DNA of 64,000 bases from the NCBI GenBank assembly GCA_965206645.1, contig CBDBKE010000001.1, positions 160,001 to 224,000 of the forward strand, given 5' to 3'. The translations under genes and the position numbers were made by a program. The DNA comes from Terriglobia bacterium (GTDB lineage: Bacteria > Acidobacteriota > Terriglobia > JAJPHL01 > JAPKYU01). The notes under the pieces are model-generated. The model did no database searches and was not told the origin of the DNA. It saw only the letters and a program-made list of their open reading frames with translations. Positions 10,590-21,960 of the stretch are shown piece by piece (positions within the stretch are counted from its first letter, which is position 1; every line of letters starts with the position of its first letter).

Positions 10590-11237
10590 CTAGGTCGGCT
10601 GCCACAGGCGGGAGGGCTTCTCCGGGATGGTCTCCAATTCCTGTAGCAGTGCCCGAATTTCCTCGGTGAGCCGTACGATATTGGTGAAGCGGCGTGCCAG
10701 TGACGGGGGGAGTTCAGGTGACTTCAACGCCATTTCCGCGCTGCCCAAGATGCCGGTCAGCGGGTTGTTGAGTTCGTGTCGGATGGAAAGGGCCAGGGCG
10801 CGCAACTGGTCCTGGGACTCCAGGTGCAGCGCCTGCGATTGCGTCTTCCACAAACGCGCGGACAACAGGGCCTGTTCCAACACCGGTTCCAAAAACACCG
10901 GCAAGGTCGGACCGGTGGGCACATATCCGGCGGCCCCCAGCGACAGGGCCCGGGCGGCCTGGAGCTCGGCTCCCGGTTCCACCAGCACAACGACCGCAGC
11001 TTCGGGATGGGCGCGCAACACCTCTTCCAGGGTTTCCAAACCGTAGCCATCCGATGGCCGCAGGGCCAGAATCAAGGCTGCATAGCGCCCCGAGCGCAGC
11101 CGCCAGAGCACTTCCTCGGCTCGGTGGGCTTGCTGCACGTGCCAGCGTTCCCTGAGGGCATCCTCAATCGTTATGCCTTGGCGAAAATCGCTCATCGCCA
11201 GCACGTGGCGCATGGCTCCCTTTTCCAAACGCTTCAT
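10590..11237 (-). CDS. Pseudo-receiver + HisKA (DHp) protein lacking an HATPase domain
   Basis: Receiver-like pattern with degenerate catalytic residues, then H-box IRHELNNPLTGILGSAE. The ORF ends about 60 aa later. Start is 11237 or 11213. Confidence 0.8.
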   Translation of the reverse strand: MKRLEKGAMRHVLAMSDFRQGITIEDALRERWHVQQAHRAEEVLWRLRSGRYAALILALRPSDGYGLETLEEVLRAHPEAAVVVLVEPGAELQAARALSLGAAGYVPTGPTLPVFLEPVLEQALLSARLWKTQSQALHLESQDQLRALALSIRHELNNPLTGILGSAEMALKSPELPPSLARRFTNIVRLTEEIRALLQELETIPEKPSRLWQPT

Positions 11238-11363
11238 AGCGGCCCTTTCCAACATTGTTCGCCGAGGAAGCTGCCGCAAGAACCCTGGCGTACCTTTTCA
11301 TACAGGCACATCGACACAACCGCTCCAGATGGCTCCGAGCTTTGCTCGGATAGCTGTCAGGGG

Positions 11364-11379
11364 AGCAGGCGAAGGGCCA
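11364..11379 (-). promoter_or_regulatory. Putative sigma54 -24/-12 promoter
   Basis: TGGCCCTTCGCCTGCT on the minus strand, GG-N10-GC spacing, upstream of the pseudo-receiver gene. Confidence 0.45.
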
Positions 11380-11420
11380 AACTAGGTGTTAGGAGCAGAA
11401 GGAGTTAGCAGGCCAGTGAC

Positions 11421-11452
11421 TCCCAAACCGGAAACGGAATCCCGTTTCGGAA
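11421..11452. promoter_or_regulatory. Paired enhancer-like palindromes
   Basis: TCCCAAACCGGAA and TCCCGTTTCGGAA, 19 bp apart. Similar to the pair at 12971-13003. Confidence 0.45.
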
Positions 11453-12853
11453 TCAACGCACCCCGTACTCCTTTAGCTTCCGGTACAAGGTAGTTTTGCC
11501 GATGCCGAGCATCCGTGCGGCCAACAGCTTGTCCCCTCTCGCCTCAGTAACGGCCCGCAGGATGGCCTGCCGTTCCAGTTCGCTCAACTGAAGCACCGGC
11601 TCACCGCCCGCAGGCACCGCCGCCGCGGCCCGCCGCGGATTCTGCAAGTTGGTGGGCAGGTCGGCGACGTGCAACACGGGGCCGGAGCCCAGGGCCACGG
11701 CCCGTTCCATGCAGTTCTCCAGCTCCCAGACGTTGCCGGGCCAGTCGTAGGCCAGCAAGCAGTTCAACGCCTCTTCCGACAGCGCCGGGCGGCGCCGTTG
11801 GCTGCCAGAAAATCTGTCCAAAAACTGATGCGCCAGCAGCGGGATGTCCGACTTGCGCTCGTGCAGCGGCGGTAGCCGTAGCGTGACGACATTAAGACGA
11901 AAATAGAGGTCCTTGCGAAAGACGCCCTGTTGAATGGCCGATTCCAGGTCGCGGTTACTGGCGGCGATGATGCGGGCATCGAACTTGACCGCCCTCGTGC
12001 TGCCCACCGGCTTAACCTCCCGTTCCTGCAGGGCCCGCAGCAGCTTGGACTGCAAGTCCACTGGCATTTCGGCGATCTCGTCCAGGAAGACAGTGCCTCC
12101 CTCGGCTGCTTCCAGCAGTCCTTGCTTGGTGCGCACGGCTCCGGTGAAGGCTCCGCGCACGTAGCCGAACAGCTCGCTTTCGATCAGCGTGGGCACCAGG
12201 GCGCTACAATCCACCGGCAAGAAGGGCTTCTCGCGCAGTGGCCCGCTCTGGTGGATGGCCCGTGCCACCAGCTCCTTGCCTGTGCCACTCTCGCCCACAA
12301 TCAGAACTGGATAGTGGCTCTGGCTGACCTTGACGATCATCTTGAACAGCTTCTGCATCGAGGGAGCCGTGCCCAACAACTCGCCGTAGCCGTTGCGGAA
12401 GCGCACCTGTTCCCGCAGCAGCCGGTTCTCACTGATCAGGTCCGCCTTGTGCACTATCCGCTCCAGCAACAGCTTGACTTCCTCAATATTGAAGGGCTTG
12501 GTCAGATAGTCGCAGGCGCCCAGCTTCATGGCCTGTACGGCGGAGGGAACGCTGCCGTATGCGGTCATGATGAGCACCTCAGTTTGCTGTGAGCGGCTCT
12601 TGACCTTCTCCAGCAGTTCCATCCCGTCCATGCCGGGCATCTTCAGGTCGGCCATGAGCACGTCCACGTGCTCACGCTCCAGCACTTCCAGTGCTTTCTC
12701 GCCGGTGGCTGCCACCGAAACACGGTAGCCTAGCGCATCGGCAATCGCACTGCACAGCTCGCGAACCACTTCCTGGTCATCTACGATCAGGACGTGAACC
12801 GGAAGCTCCGAACTCTCCTTGGGTACGTCCACAATGGCAACTGAGGTACTCAC
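11453..12853 (-). CDS. Sigma54-dependent response regulator (REC-AAA+-Fis HTH, NtrC/ZraR/AtoC family)
   Basis: [56 protein letters not shown]. Confidence 0.96.
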   Translation of the reverse strand: MSTSVAIVDVPKESSELPVHVLIVDDQEVVRELCSAIADALGYRVSVAATGEKALEVLEREHVDVLMADLKMPGMDGMELLEKVKSRSQQTEVLIMTAYGSVPSAVQAMKLGACDYLTKPFNIEEVKLLLERIVHKADLISENRLLREQVRFRNGYGELLGTAPSMQKLFKMIVKVSQSHYPVLIVGESGTGKELVARAIHQSGPLREKPFLPVDCSALVPTLIESELFGYVRGAFTGAVRTKQGLLEAAEGGTVFLDEIAEMPVDLQSKLLRALQEREVKPVGSTRAVKFDARIIAASNRDLESAIQQGVFRKDLYFRLNVVTLRLPPLHERKSDIPLLAHQFLDRFSGSQRRRPALSEEALNCLLAYDWPGNVWELENCMERAVALGSGPVLHVADLPTNLQNPRRAAAAVPAGGEPVLQLSELERQAILRAVTEARGDKLLAARMLGIGKTTLYRKLKEYGVR

Positions 12854-12890
12854 GCCTCCCCCTAGCTATATAAACATTTTCCCCGGGCAC

Positions 12891-12906
12891 AGCAAGCCAC
12901 TTGCCG
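12891..12906 (-). promoter_or_regulatory. Putative sigma54 -24/-12 promoter
   Basis: CGGCAAGTGGCTTGCT on the minus strand, GG-N10-GC spacing, 38 nt upstream of the activator start. Confidence 0.55.
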
Positions 12907-12970
12907 CTTTTGGATCGGCTGAAAGAAAAGGAGTTAGCTTCTATGGCCAGTGGAACAAAGGCCAGCAGTG

Positions 12971-13003
12971 TCCCATTTCGGGAAAGACTCTCCCGATTTG
13001 ACC
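12971..13003. promoter_or_regulatory. Paired enhancer-like sites
   Basis: TCCCATTTCGGGA and a weaker TCCCGATTTGACC, 20 bp apart, 65-100 bp upstream of the sigma54 site. Confidence 0.4.
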
Positions 13004-13045
13004 TTCCATCCCACGCCTGGCCGGTGGTGCAGGCTGGGGAGGTGC

Positions 13046-13810
13046 TTATTCGGGGACGCGCAGCGGCTGGTCAGACGCCAGGAAGTCACGGATGAAAGCG
13101 TGCTCGCTATGGTGTATCTGCTCCATCGGACCGAAGAAAGCCACCTGGCCTTCGTGCAGGAAAACCACCCGGTCGGCCAGCTTGCGGGCCAGTTGGGTAT
13201 CGTGGGTCACCACCACCGAGGTCAGCCGGAGTTGACCCTTCAGGCGCTGGATGAGGTCGGCAATATGGGTGGACATCAGCGGATCCACCATCGTGGTGGG
13301 TTCGTCGTAAAGGATGGCTTGAGGCTTGGCGGCCAGGGCGCGGGCGATGGCCACCGCGCGCTTCATGCCGGTGCTGAGCTCCGCAGGCATGCGCGCGCGC
13401 AGTTCGCCGATGTTCACCAGGTCCAACATGCCCTCCACGATCGTCTCAATGTCCTGCTCGGTCAGTTCGGCGCGCTCGCGCAGCGGGAAGGCCACATTCT
13501 CAGCCACGCTCAGCGAGTCGAACAGGGCCCCGGATTGGAACACCAGCGTCACACGCTTGTGGATGTCCAGAAGTTCCGGCTCGGTGGCCTCCGTGATGTC
13601 CTGGTGGGCCACAAACACCCGGCCCGCGTCCGGCCTCAGGAAACCCATGATGTGCGACAGGGCGACGGACTTGCCGACGCCGCTGCGGCCCAAGATCACC
13701 ACGGTCTCGCCTGGATCGACCTGAAAGCTGACCTGCTCCAGCACGGGCTGGGTGTCGAAGGCTTTCGAGACCTGGCGGAACTCGATGTAGTGGGGTGTGC
13801 TTTCCGGCAT
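13046..13810 (-). CDS. ABC transporter ATP-binding protein (MlaF/Mkl-like)
   Basis: GRSGVGKS, VFQSGALFDSL, LSTGMKR signature, LYDEPT, VVTHD. Confidence 0.9.
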   Translation of the reverse strand: MPESTPHYIEFRQVSKAFDTQPVLEQVSFQVDPGETVVILGRSGVGKSVALSHIMGFLRPDAGRVFVAHQDITEATEPELLDIHKRVTLVFQSGALFDSLSVAENVAFPLRERAELTEQDIETIVEGMLDLVNIGELRARMPAELSTGMKRAVAIARALAAKPQAILYDEPTTMVDPLMSTHIADLIQRLKGQLRLTSVVVTHDTQLARKLADRVVFLHEGQVAFFGPMEQIHHSEHAFIRDFLASDQPLRVPE

Positions 13811-14101
13811 CGACTTGCTGGCCTGGCCGCTCGTTTGACTCAGGCGGTGGTGAGCCCGCTTGCTTGGCCATCCCCATTTTCAAACACAATCCTCATTTTT
13901 AACACAATCCTCGGCAATCCAGGGGGCAGCGTGGAACACAAGCTGCCTGGCTCCGACTTCTTGCGGACCGCAGCTGGCTGCAATTTTCTCAGGGGAAGTC
14001 GTCGGATCTCGCTGGAAAGGCGCAGCGACCTTTTTCAAGTCCTTGTTATTCAATCGCTTAGGATTTAGCGTTGGGTCCTACCGAAACCCTCACCAAACCT
14101 C

Positions 14102-14130
14102 TTGACAATCGGATTCCGCTTTTCTAGTAT
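14102..14130 (+). promoter_or_regulatory. Sigma70 promoter of groESL
   Basis: TTGACA-N17-TAGTAT. Confidence 0.75.
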
Positions 14131-14156
14131 TAGCACTCTTGCGCGCCGAGTGCCAA
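14130..14156 (+). promoter_or_regulatory. CIRCE element (HrcA operator)
   Basis: TTAGCACTC-N9-GAGTGCCAA, one mismatch to consensus, upstream of groES. Confidence 0.95.
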
Positions 14157-14269
14157 ACCGACGTTCCACTTTACTCTGGTTTCCAGGGCCCTGGCCGGAC
14201 CTGAGTGCGGCAGGGCTCACCGGCGCGAGAGCCAGCCAAACAAAACATGGGAGGAAAGGAGTTTCCGGT

Positions 14270-14587
14270 ATGAAGATTCGTCCGTTGCATGACCGCATTC
14301 TCATCAAGAGAGTTGCGGAGGAGGAAACGGTGCGCGGCGGCATCATCATTCCTGACTCGGCCAAGGAGAAGCCGCAGGAGGGAGAGGTGATCGCCGTCGG
14401 CAATGGCAAGATTCTGGAAAACGGCCAGCGTGTGCCGCTGGATGTGAAAGAAGGCAACCGAATTCTGTTCGGCAAGTACGCGGGATCGGACATCAAGATC
14501 GAAGAACAGGAATACCTGATCCTGCGGGAAGACGAGGTTCTCGGCATACTGGCCGACGCGGCAAAGCCTGCGGGCAAGCGGAAGTGA
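14270..14587 (+). CDS. groES: Co-chaperonin GroES
   Basis: [42 protein letters not shown] before ATG 14270. Confidence 0.98.
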   Translation: MKIRPLHDRILIKRVAEEETVRGGIIIPDSAKEKPQEGEVIAVGNGKILENGQRVPLDVKEGNRILFGKYAGSDIKIEEQEYLILREDEVLGILADAAKPAGKRK

Positions 14588-14600
14588 AAATTCCATCTGA

Positions 14601-16244
<1,644 letters not shown>

Positions 16245-16270
16245 ACAGGACCTAGCCTCAAATTCCTCAC

Positions 16271-16298
16271 GGGCCGCCTTCGGGCGGCCCTTTTTTTT
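16271..16298 (+). terminator. Intrinsic terminator after groEL
   Basis: GGGCCGCC-TTCG-GGCGGCCC followed by T8. Confidence 0.93.
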
Positions 16299-16356
16299 CT
16301 GGCGTGACGGAGACTTCGGAAGCTGATCGCCGGGCGGGGAGCGATTACTTTAGTGG

Positions 16357-17358
16357 TTACTTATTGAGGAGGGTTTCCAAGAAGTGGCCGAGGAAGCGGT
16401 CGGCGTCCACCTCGACGGCGACCTGGATGCCGTGCTGCGCCAGCTCTTCCGGGCTATCGCGCCGGGGGACAGTGGCGCCGGCGGTAAATTCGCCCTGCGT
16501 TTCTAACTCGATCAACATGCGCTTGAGCTGGACCAGGGAACGGTCGGCTACGACGCCGACCGCTAGTGGATCGTGCAGCACGGGCATCTGCTGCCGGTCG
16601 CCTTTCTGCCAGGCGTGGAGAAGTACGCTGAGCAGCTTCAGCACGGGGGTGTTGCGGTTGGCCAGCGCCTCCACCTGCTCGGGCTTCATGCGGCATTTCA
16701 TGGTGACGTTCAGGCCGACCATAGTGATAGGCAGGCCCGATTCGAACACCACCCGGGCCGCCTCCGGGTCCATGCGCAAGTTGTACTCGGGCTGTGGCCG
16801 GTCGAGCGTGCCCCCCATCACTACAATCTGCTTCACCGACTCTTTCAGCCGGGGCTCACGCATCAGAGCCAGCGCAATGTTGGTCAGTTGACCGTAGGCG
16901 ACCAGGGTCAGCTTTCCCGGCTGTGCCAGCACCTGCCGTGCGATCCAATCGGGGGCAAATTCGGCCGCAACGGCGCCCCGCGGCGGCGGCCAGGACTGAA
17001 GCGCCTGCATTTGCGGCCTCCTGTTGGCCCCCTCTATCGGTTGGTTTCCTTTCAGCAGCCGATTTCGCGCTCCGCGCAGCACCGGCACGTCCTGGCGGCC
17101 CAGCAGTTCTAGGAGCTTCAGCGCTATCGGTGCGCGATAGGAGCCGCCCATCACCGTGGTAACGCCCAGCACTTCGATCCGGGGGTGCTTGACGGCATAG
17201 ACCAGGGCCAGCGCGTCGTCAATGTCGCCGCCGATGTCGGTGTCGAGTATGACGGGAATCATTTCCGGGGATTTTTCTTGCCCTGCCCCTGATTCGGAGA
17301 AGGCCGCGGAGAAAGCCAGTGTGCCCACCGCAACCAGCAATGCCATTGGACCGCTCAC
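16357..17358 (-). CDS. Nucleoside hydrolase (IU-NH family), probably secreted
   Basis: DTDIGGDIDDA, EYNLRMDPEAA, LHDPLAV motifs. Hydrophobic leader. Start is GTG 17358 or ATG 17346, not 17928. Confidence 0.88.
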   Translation of the reverse strand: MSGPMALLVAVGTLAFSAAFSESGAGQEKSPEMIPVILDTDIGGDIDDALALVYAVKHPRIEVLGVTTVMGGSYRAPIALKLLELLGRQDVPVLRGARNRLLKGNQPIEGANRRPQMQALQSWPPPRGAVAAEFAPDWIARQVLAQPGKLTLVAYGQLTNIALALMREPRLKESVKQIVVMGGTLDRPQPEYNLRMDPEAARVVFESGLPITMVGLNVTMKCRMKPEQVEALANRNTPVLKLLSVLLHAWQKGDRQQMPVLHDPLAVGVVADRSLVQLKRMLIELETQGEFTAGATVPRRDSPEELAQHGIQVAVEVDADRFLGHFLETLLNK

Positions 17359-17520
17359 GGTTTTCTCCGTCGCTTCCTTTCTACCTTCAGGTGGGTTAGC
17401 ATATCGCACTTGCTCGTCAAGGGCTTGTCCGTCAAGGGAAAGAAGGGTGGACAGTTTAAAGAGATACGCAGGTGGTGCGGACGGGCAGCAGAACCGGCAG
17501 CGAACAAGGATCCCGACGCA

Positions 17521-18345
17521 ATGAAGCTGGCCAGCTACAGGTGGAACGACGAAACGCACTGCGGAGTTTTCTCCGACGGGCGGCTGTACCGTCTGGGGAG
17601 CCGAATCGCCGAATTCCTCCGGGGCGCGCAGCCCCCGCAGCTTCCTGACCTCGGCTCGCTGCCCTCGGCGGCGCTGGAGGAGGTGCAGCTGCTGGCGCCG
17701 GTGCCAGATCCGGAGAAGATTATCTGCATCGGCCTGAACTACCGCGAGCACGCCCGCGAGGCGGGATTGGAACCTCCCAAGTATCCGATGTTCTTCGCTA
17801 AGTACCGCAACGCGCTGGCTGGTCCCTATGATCCGATCGTGCTGCCGCGCGTCTCCAGCAAAGTGGATTACGAAGCCGAGCTGGCGGTGGTGATGGGCAA
17901 GGCTGGCAAGCACATCCCGGAGGAGCATGCCCTGGAGTATGTGGCCGGCTACATGGCTTTAAACGACGTCAGCGCACGCGACTTTCAGCGCCGCACGTCC
18001 CAGTTTCTCCAGGGCAAGACCTTCGACACCTTCGCACCCTGCGGGCCGTTTCTGGTGACGGCCGATGAGGTGCCGGACCCGCACGCTCTGGCCATCCGCT
18101 TGCGCCTGAATGGCCAACTGATGCAGGATTCCAGCACGCGCGACTTCATCTTCACGATCCCGCAGTTGATCGCCTACCTCTCCGACATCTTCACCTTTGC
18201 GCCGGGCGACATCATTTCTACCGGTACCCCGCACGGGGTGGGCTATGTGCGCAAGCCACCGGTGTATCTAAAATCGGGGGATATGGTGGAGGTGGAAGTC
18301 GAGCAAGCGGGTACGTTGCGTAACCCGGTGGTCGCCGAAGCCTGA
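17521..18345 (+). CDS. Fumarylacetoacetate hydrolase family protein
   Basis: KIICIGLNYREH, VDYEAELAVV, NDVSARDFQ, GKTFDTF, STGTPHGVG. Confidence 0.93.
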   Translation: MKLASYRWNDETHCGVFSDGRLYRLGSRIAEFLRGAQPPQLPDLGSLPSAALEEVQLLAPVPDPEKIICIGLNYREHAREAGLEPPKYPMFFAKYRNALAGPYDPIVLPRVSSKVDYEAELAVVMGKAGKHIPEEHALEYVAGYMALNDVSARDFQRRTSQFLQGKTFDTFAPCGPFLVTADEVPDPHALAIRLRLNGQLMQDSSTRDFIFTIPQLIAYLSDIFTFAPGDIISTGTPHGVGYVRKPPVYLKSGDMVEVEVEQAGTLRNPVVAEA

Positions 18346-18445
18346 GGAGTTCTCCCTTCCGCGGCCGCCAGCGCACCTGCCGTTGGCGAATCTGCCGCCC
18401 AGACAGTGTTAGGGAGCGGTCGCTGCCTAGTCGTCCCCCGCCCGC

Positions 18446-18727
18446 TTAGGGGTCGCAGCGCACGCTGGTGGGAGGCGTCCGGGAGCAGCGGATGCTGTCG
18501 GTCATCCCGGCGGCCAGGAACGCGCAGGCGTTGTCGGTGGCAGTCCGCTGCGCTTCTTCGCGTGTGGCCCCGGCCGCGCTGCGGCACTTGGTCTGCCTGT
18601 CGAACTCGATGCACACCTCGCAGGTGTACTGGCTCAAACCCATGCTGGCGTAGAGGATCAGCAGCAGGACGGCAACGCCAAAGGCGGCCGCCGCCACCTT
18701 CGCCCGGGTTCGCGCGTTCCCCGCCAT
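18446..18727 (-). CDS. Small membrane-anchored Cys-rich protein
   Basis: 93 aa with a TM helix, then CEVC plus four more Cys. Downstream of rsmD on the same strand. Confidence 0.75.
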   Translation of the reverse strand: MAGNARTRAKVAAAAFGVAVLLLILYASMGLSQYTCEVCIEFDRQTKCRSAAGATREEAQRTATDNACAFLAAGMTDSIRCSRTPPTSVRCDP

Positions 18728-18812
18728 GGCTTCACCTTAGCAGAAGAACAGGCCAACGGGAATTGATGTCCGCTCGCGCTGGCCGAGGCCGCCGCGCAGC
18801 AAGGGGCACGGC

Positions 18813-18840
18813 CCGAGCCACGAGCGTAAGCGAGTGGTCA
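18813..18840. repeat. REP-like repeat copy
   Basis: CCGAGCCACGAGCGTAAGCGAGTGGTCA, identical to 40108-40135. Confidence 0.75.
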
Positions 18841-19437
18841 CGCCGGACATTTTTCCTGAGTTTTTGTGTCCGCAGATGGCGGCGATTCCATGTCGCCGAG
18901 GCGGTAAAGGCTGAGGGTACTGGAGCCTTGCTCGAGGATGCGAAAGCAGGCCAGGCCGGCGTAACACGGCTCGAGCGACCAGCGACGGGCGTGCTCGGCA
19001 ATCACCACGGCACCGGGACGAAGCAACGGGCTGCGGCCCAGGTACCTCAAGACACGATGGTACTCCGGCAGGGCCGCATAGGGGGGATCGAGGAATACGA
19101 AGTCAGCCGGATGCGTGGCGCCCTTGAGCGCCCGCAACACGTCCCGCTCCATTACGGCTGAGCGTTGCTCGAGTCCCAAGGCAGCAATATTGAGGCGCAG
19201 CACGCGTGCCGCCTCCCGGCGGCCCTCCAGGAACACGGCAAAGGCCGCTCCGCGGCTCAGTGCTTCCAGGCCGACCGCCCCGCTGCCGGCAAAGCAGTCG
19301 TACCAGACCGAGCCCACGACGTTGGTCCCGAGCACATTAAAAAGAGTCCCGCGGAGCTTGTCGCTGGTGGGCCGGGTTGCCTGCCCGGCAATGGTTTTCA
19401 GCCGACGGCTGCGAAATTCTCCGGCGATAATCCGCAT
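18838..19437 (-). CDS. rsmD: 16S rRNA m2G966 methyltransferase RsmD
   Basis: MRIIAGEFRSRRL, RPTSD, DCFAGSGAVGLEALSRGA, FLDPPY. Confidence 0.93.
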   Translation of the reverse strand: MRIIAGEFRSRRLKTIAGQATRPTSDKLRGTLFNVLGTNVVGSVWYDCFAGSGAVGLEALSRGAAFAVFLEGRREAARVLRLNIAALGLEQRSAVMERDVLRALKGATHPADFVFLDPPYAALPEYHRVLRYLGRSPLLRPGAVVIAEHARRWSLEPCYAGLACFRILEQGSSTLSLYRLGDMESPPSADTKTQEKCPA

Positions 19438-19481
19438 GGGCGGACTCTAGGGTCTCCCCCAATACCTCGGGTCTTCAGTTT

Positions 19482-19517
19482 CCGGCCCCGATTGCTCAGC
19501 CGGCCCCGATTGCTCAG
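19482..19517. repeat. 18-bp tandem duplication
   Basis: CCGGCCCCGATTGCTCAG twice, overlapping the recG stop codon. Confidence 0.85.
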
Positions 19518-21646
19518 CCCACTTGGATGAGGCCATAGCGCCGCCACCAATGCTCTCGGACGTAGTTCACCAGGGCCACAGCTTGCTCGCGCGAGGGTGG
19601 TTGCTCGATGAATTGCACAGCATGGCCGCGAGCCAGTTCCAGGATTTCGCGGTCGCGCAGCAGATCGGCAACACGGAAGGCCGGCAGGCCCGACTGGCGT
19701 GTGCCGACAAACTCGCCCGGACCGCGGAGCGCCAAATCGGTCTCGGCAATCTCGAAACCATCCTGCGTGCGCACCAGTACCCCGATGCGCTCTCGGGCCT
19801 CCTCGGTTAGCGGTTCAGAGCTCAGCAGGATGCAGTAGGACTTTTCCCGGCCGCGGCCCACTCGCCCGCGCAACTGATGCAGTTGCGCCAGACCGAAGCG
19901 TTCGGCGTGCTCGATCACCATTACGGTGGCGTTGGGCACGTCCACGCCGACCTCCACCACGGTGGTGCAGACCAGCACCTGGATTCGGCCGGCCTTGAAG
20001 CCGGTCATCGCGCGTTCCTTCTCCTCGGCCGAGAGGCGACCGTGCAGCAGGCCCAGCCGCAACTCGGGGAAGACTTGGCGGGACAAGCGGTCGTACATTT
20101 CCAGCGCGCTCTTTAGGTCGGTTTTCTCCGACTCCTCCACCAGTGGGTAGACGATGTAAGCCTGACGCCCGGCGGCTGCCTCCTTTCGGACGAACTCGTA
20201 GACCTCGCCGGCGCGGCTGTCCCGAGCGTGCCGGGTCACGATCGCCCGCCGCCCTGGCGGCAGCTCGTCAATCACGGAAACGTCCAGTTCGCCGTAGAGC
20301 GTCAGAGCCAGAGTGCGCGGAATCGGAGTGGCGGTCATCACCAACGTGTCGGGCCAGGACCCTTTCTGCATCAGGCGCAGCCGCTGCAACACTCCGAAGC
20401 GGTGCTGCTCGTCCACAATCACCAGGCCCAGGGCGGCAAACTCCACGGCCTGCTCCAGCAGGGCGTGGGTGCCGACGACGATGTGGATCAGCTTCTCGCG
20501 GATCAGGCGCTTCAGTTTGGCCTTTTCCCCTGCAGTGGCGGCGCTGGTCAGCAGCACGACCTGGTAGCCGGCAGCGCGCAGCAGGCTGCGGAAGTAGAGG
20601 TAGTGCTGGGCGGCCAGGATTTCAGTGGGCGCCATCACCGCTACCTGGTAGCCGTTTTCGATGGCGACCACGGCGGCCTGCAGCCCCACGATGGTCTTGC
20701 CGCTGCCGACATCTCCCTGCAACATCCGGTTCATCGGCTGGGGCGCAGCCATGTCGGCTGCGATCTCCTTCAACACGCGCTTCTGCGCCGCGGTTGGGTG
20801 GAAGGGCAGCACGGCCTTGATCTTTTCGCGGACGGTGTCGTTCAACTGGAACTGTACGCCGGGCGCCTGGCGCGCCTTCCGCCGCTTGAGCGCCGTGCCG
20901 GTTTCCAGGAAGAAAAATTCCTCGAAGATCAGGCGGAACTGCCAGGGGGAGCGGAAACGCTCCAGCTCCACGAGGTCGGTACCAGGGTCGGGGAAGTGCG
21001 CCTTGGCCAGCGCCTCCCAGCGGTGGGGGAGGCCCAGCGGCTCGCGTACCGCCGCCGGCAGCGGATCCTCCACCGTGCCCAGCTGGTCCATCACGGTGTA
21101 GATCAGGCGACGGAAGAAGCGGGAATTCAGCCGTCCGCTGCCAGCGGTTTCGTAGATGGGGACGATGCGTCCCACCTCCAGGGAGGGGCCCCCTGGCAGG
21201 GAGGGACCGGCCGGCTCGCCCTCGCCGTCGCCGGCCACCACCTCATACTGCGGGTGCATCATCTGGAGTTGGCGGCCGTATCGGTCTGCCTCCACGCGCC
21301 CGTGCACGGCCAGCACCTGGCCGGCGGTGATAATTTTCTTCAAATAGTCGGAGTTGAACCAGCGGCAGCGGAGGCGGTGGGACCCTTCGGCCAGCACCGC
21401 TTCAAAAATACTCTGTCGGCGGCGCCGGGGCTCATAGGCGCGCGCCCCGCGCACCTCAGCCACCACAGTTGCCGTTTCGCCCGGTTGGACCTGACGGAGG
21501 GTCCGCGGATGGGTGCGATCCTCGTACCGCCGTGGAATGTAATACAGCAAGTCCTCGACGGTGACAATTCTCTTGGTTTCCAGGATGCGGGCCCGCTCCG
21601 GCCCCACCCCTTTGATGTATTTCAACTCGGTGGCCAGCGTCAGCAT
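19514..21646 (-). CDS. recG: ATP-dependent DNA helicase RecG
   Basis: IKGVGP, QGDVGSGKT, DEQHRFG, MTATPIPRT, QLHQLRGRVGRG. Start ATG 21646. Confidence 0.97.
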   Translation of the reverse strand: MLTLATELKYIKGVGPERARILETKRIVTVEDLLYYIPRRYEDRTHPRTLRQVQPGETATVVAEVRGARAYEPRRRRQSIFEAVLAEGSHRLRCRWFNSDYLKKIITAGQVLAVHGRVEADRYGRQLQMMHPQYEVVAGDGEGEPAGPSLPGGPSLEVGRIVPIYETAGSGRLNSRFFRRLIYTVMDQLGTVEDPLPAAVREPLGLPHRWEALAKAHFPDPGTDLVELERFRSPWQFRLIFEEFFFLETGTALKRRKARQAPGVQFQLNDTVREKIKAVLPFHPTAAQKRVLKEIAADMAAPQPMNRMLQGDVGSGKTIVGLQAAVVAIENGYQVAVMAPTEILAAQHYLYFRSLLRAAGYQVVLLTSAATAGEKAKLKRLIREKLIHIVVGTHALLEQAVEFAALGLVIVDEQHRFGVLQRLRLMQKGSWPDTLVMTATPIPRTLALTLYGELDVSVIDELPPGRRAIVTRHARDSRAGEVYEFVRKEAAAGRQAYIVYPLVEESEKTDLKSALEMYDRLSRQVFPELRLGLLHGRLSAEEKERAMTGFKAGRIQVLVCTTVVEVGVDVPNATVMVIEHAERFGLAQLHQLRGRVGRGREKSYCILLSSEPLTEEARERIGVLVRTQDGFEIAETDLALRGPGEFVGTRQSGLPAFRVADLLRDREILELARGHAVQFIEQPPSREQAVALVNYVREHWWRRYGLIQVG

Positions 21647-21960
21647 GAGCTGTCCGGCGCAATGCGACTGTCCCCGCAACCGTCCCCGGTCGGCCCCGGC
21701 CGCCATCGAGAAACAACAGCCAGTTCCTATAGTACACTTTGTTGGGAATTGAACCGGGACCGAATCCATGACTTAATGCATGGCTTATTCGGCAGTTCTT
21801 ACCTTCACGAAACGTGCCATGCGCGGTATTGGCCGACCCAATTTGGACACCAGCCGGCCGTTTCTCGGGCTGAATGTGATGGAATGCTCCCCGACGCCAA
21901 GAGCAAGTGCGGAGCGCTTCCGCGACTTTATGTGCCAGCTTTGTTTCTGACGCTGCTCCG

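Noticed and set aside
12950-14068. 372-aa plus-strand ORF
   Set aside because: Antisense to the ABC ATPase, with no motifs.
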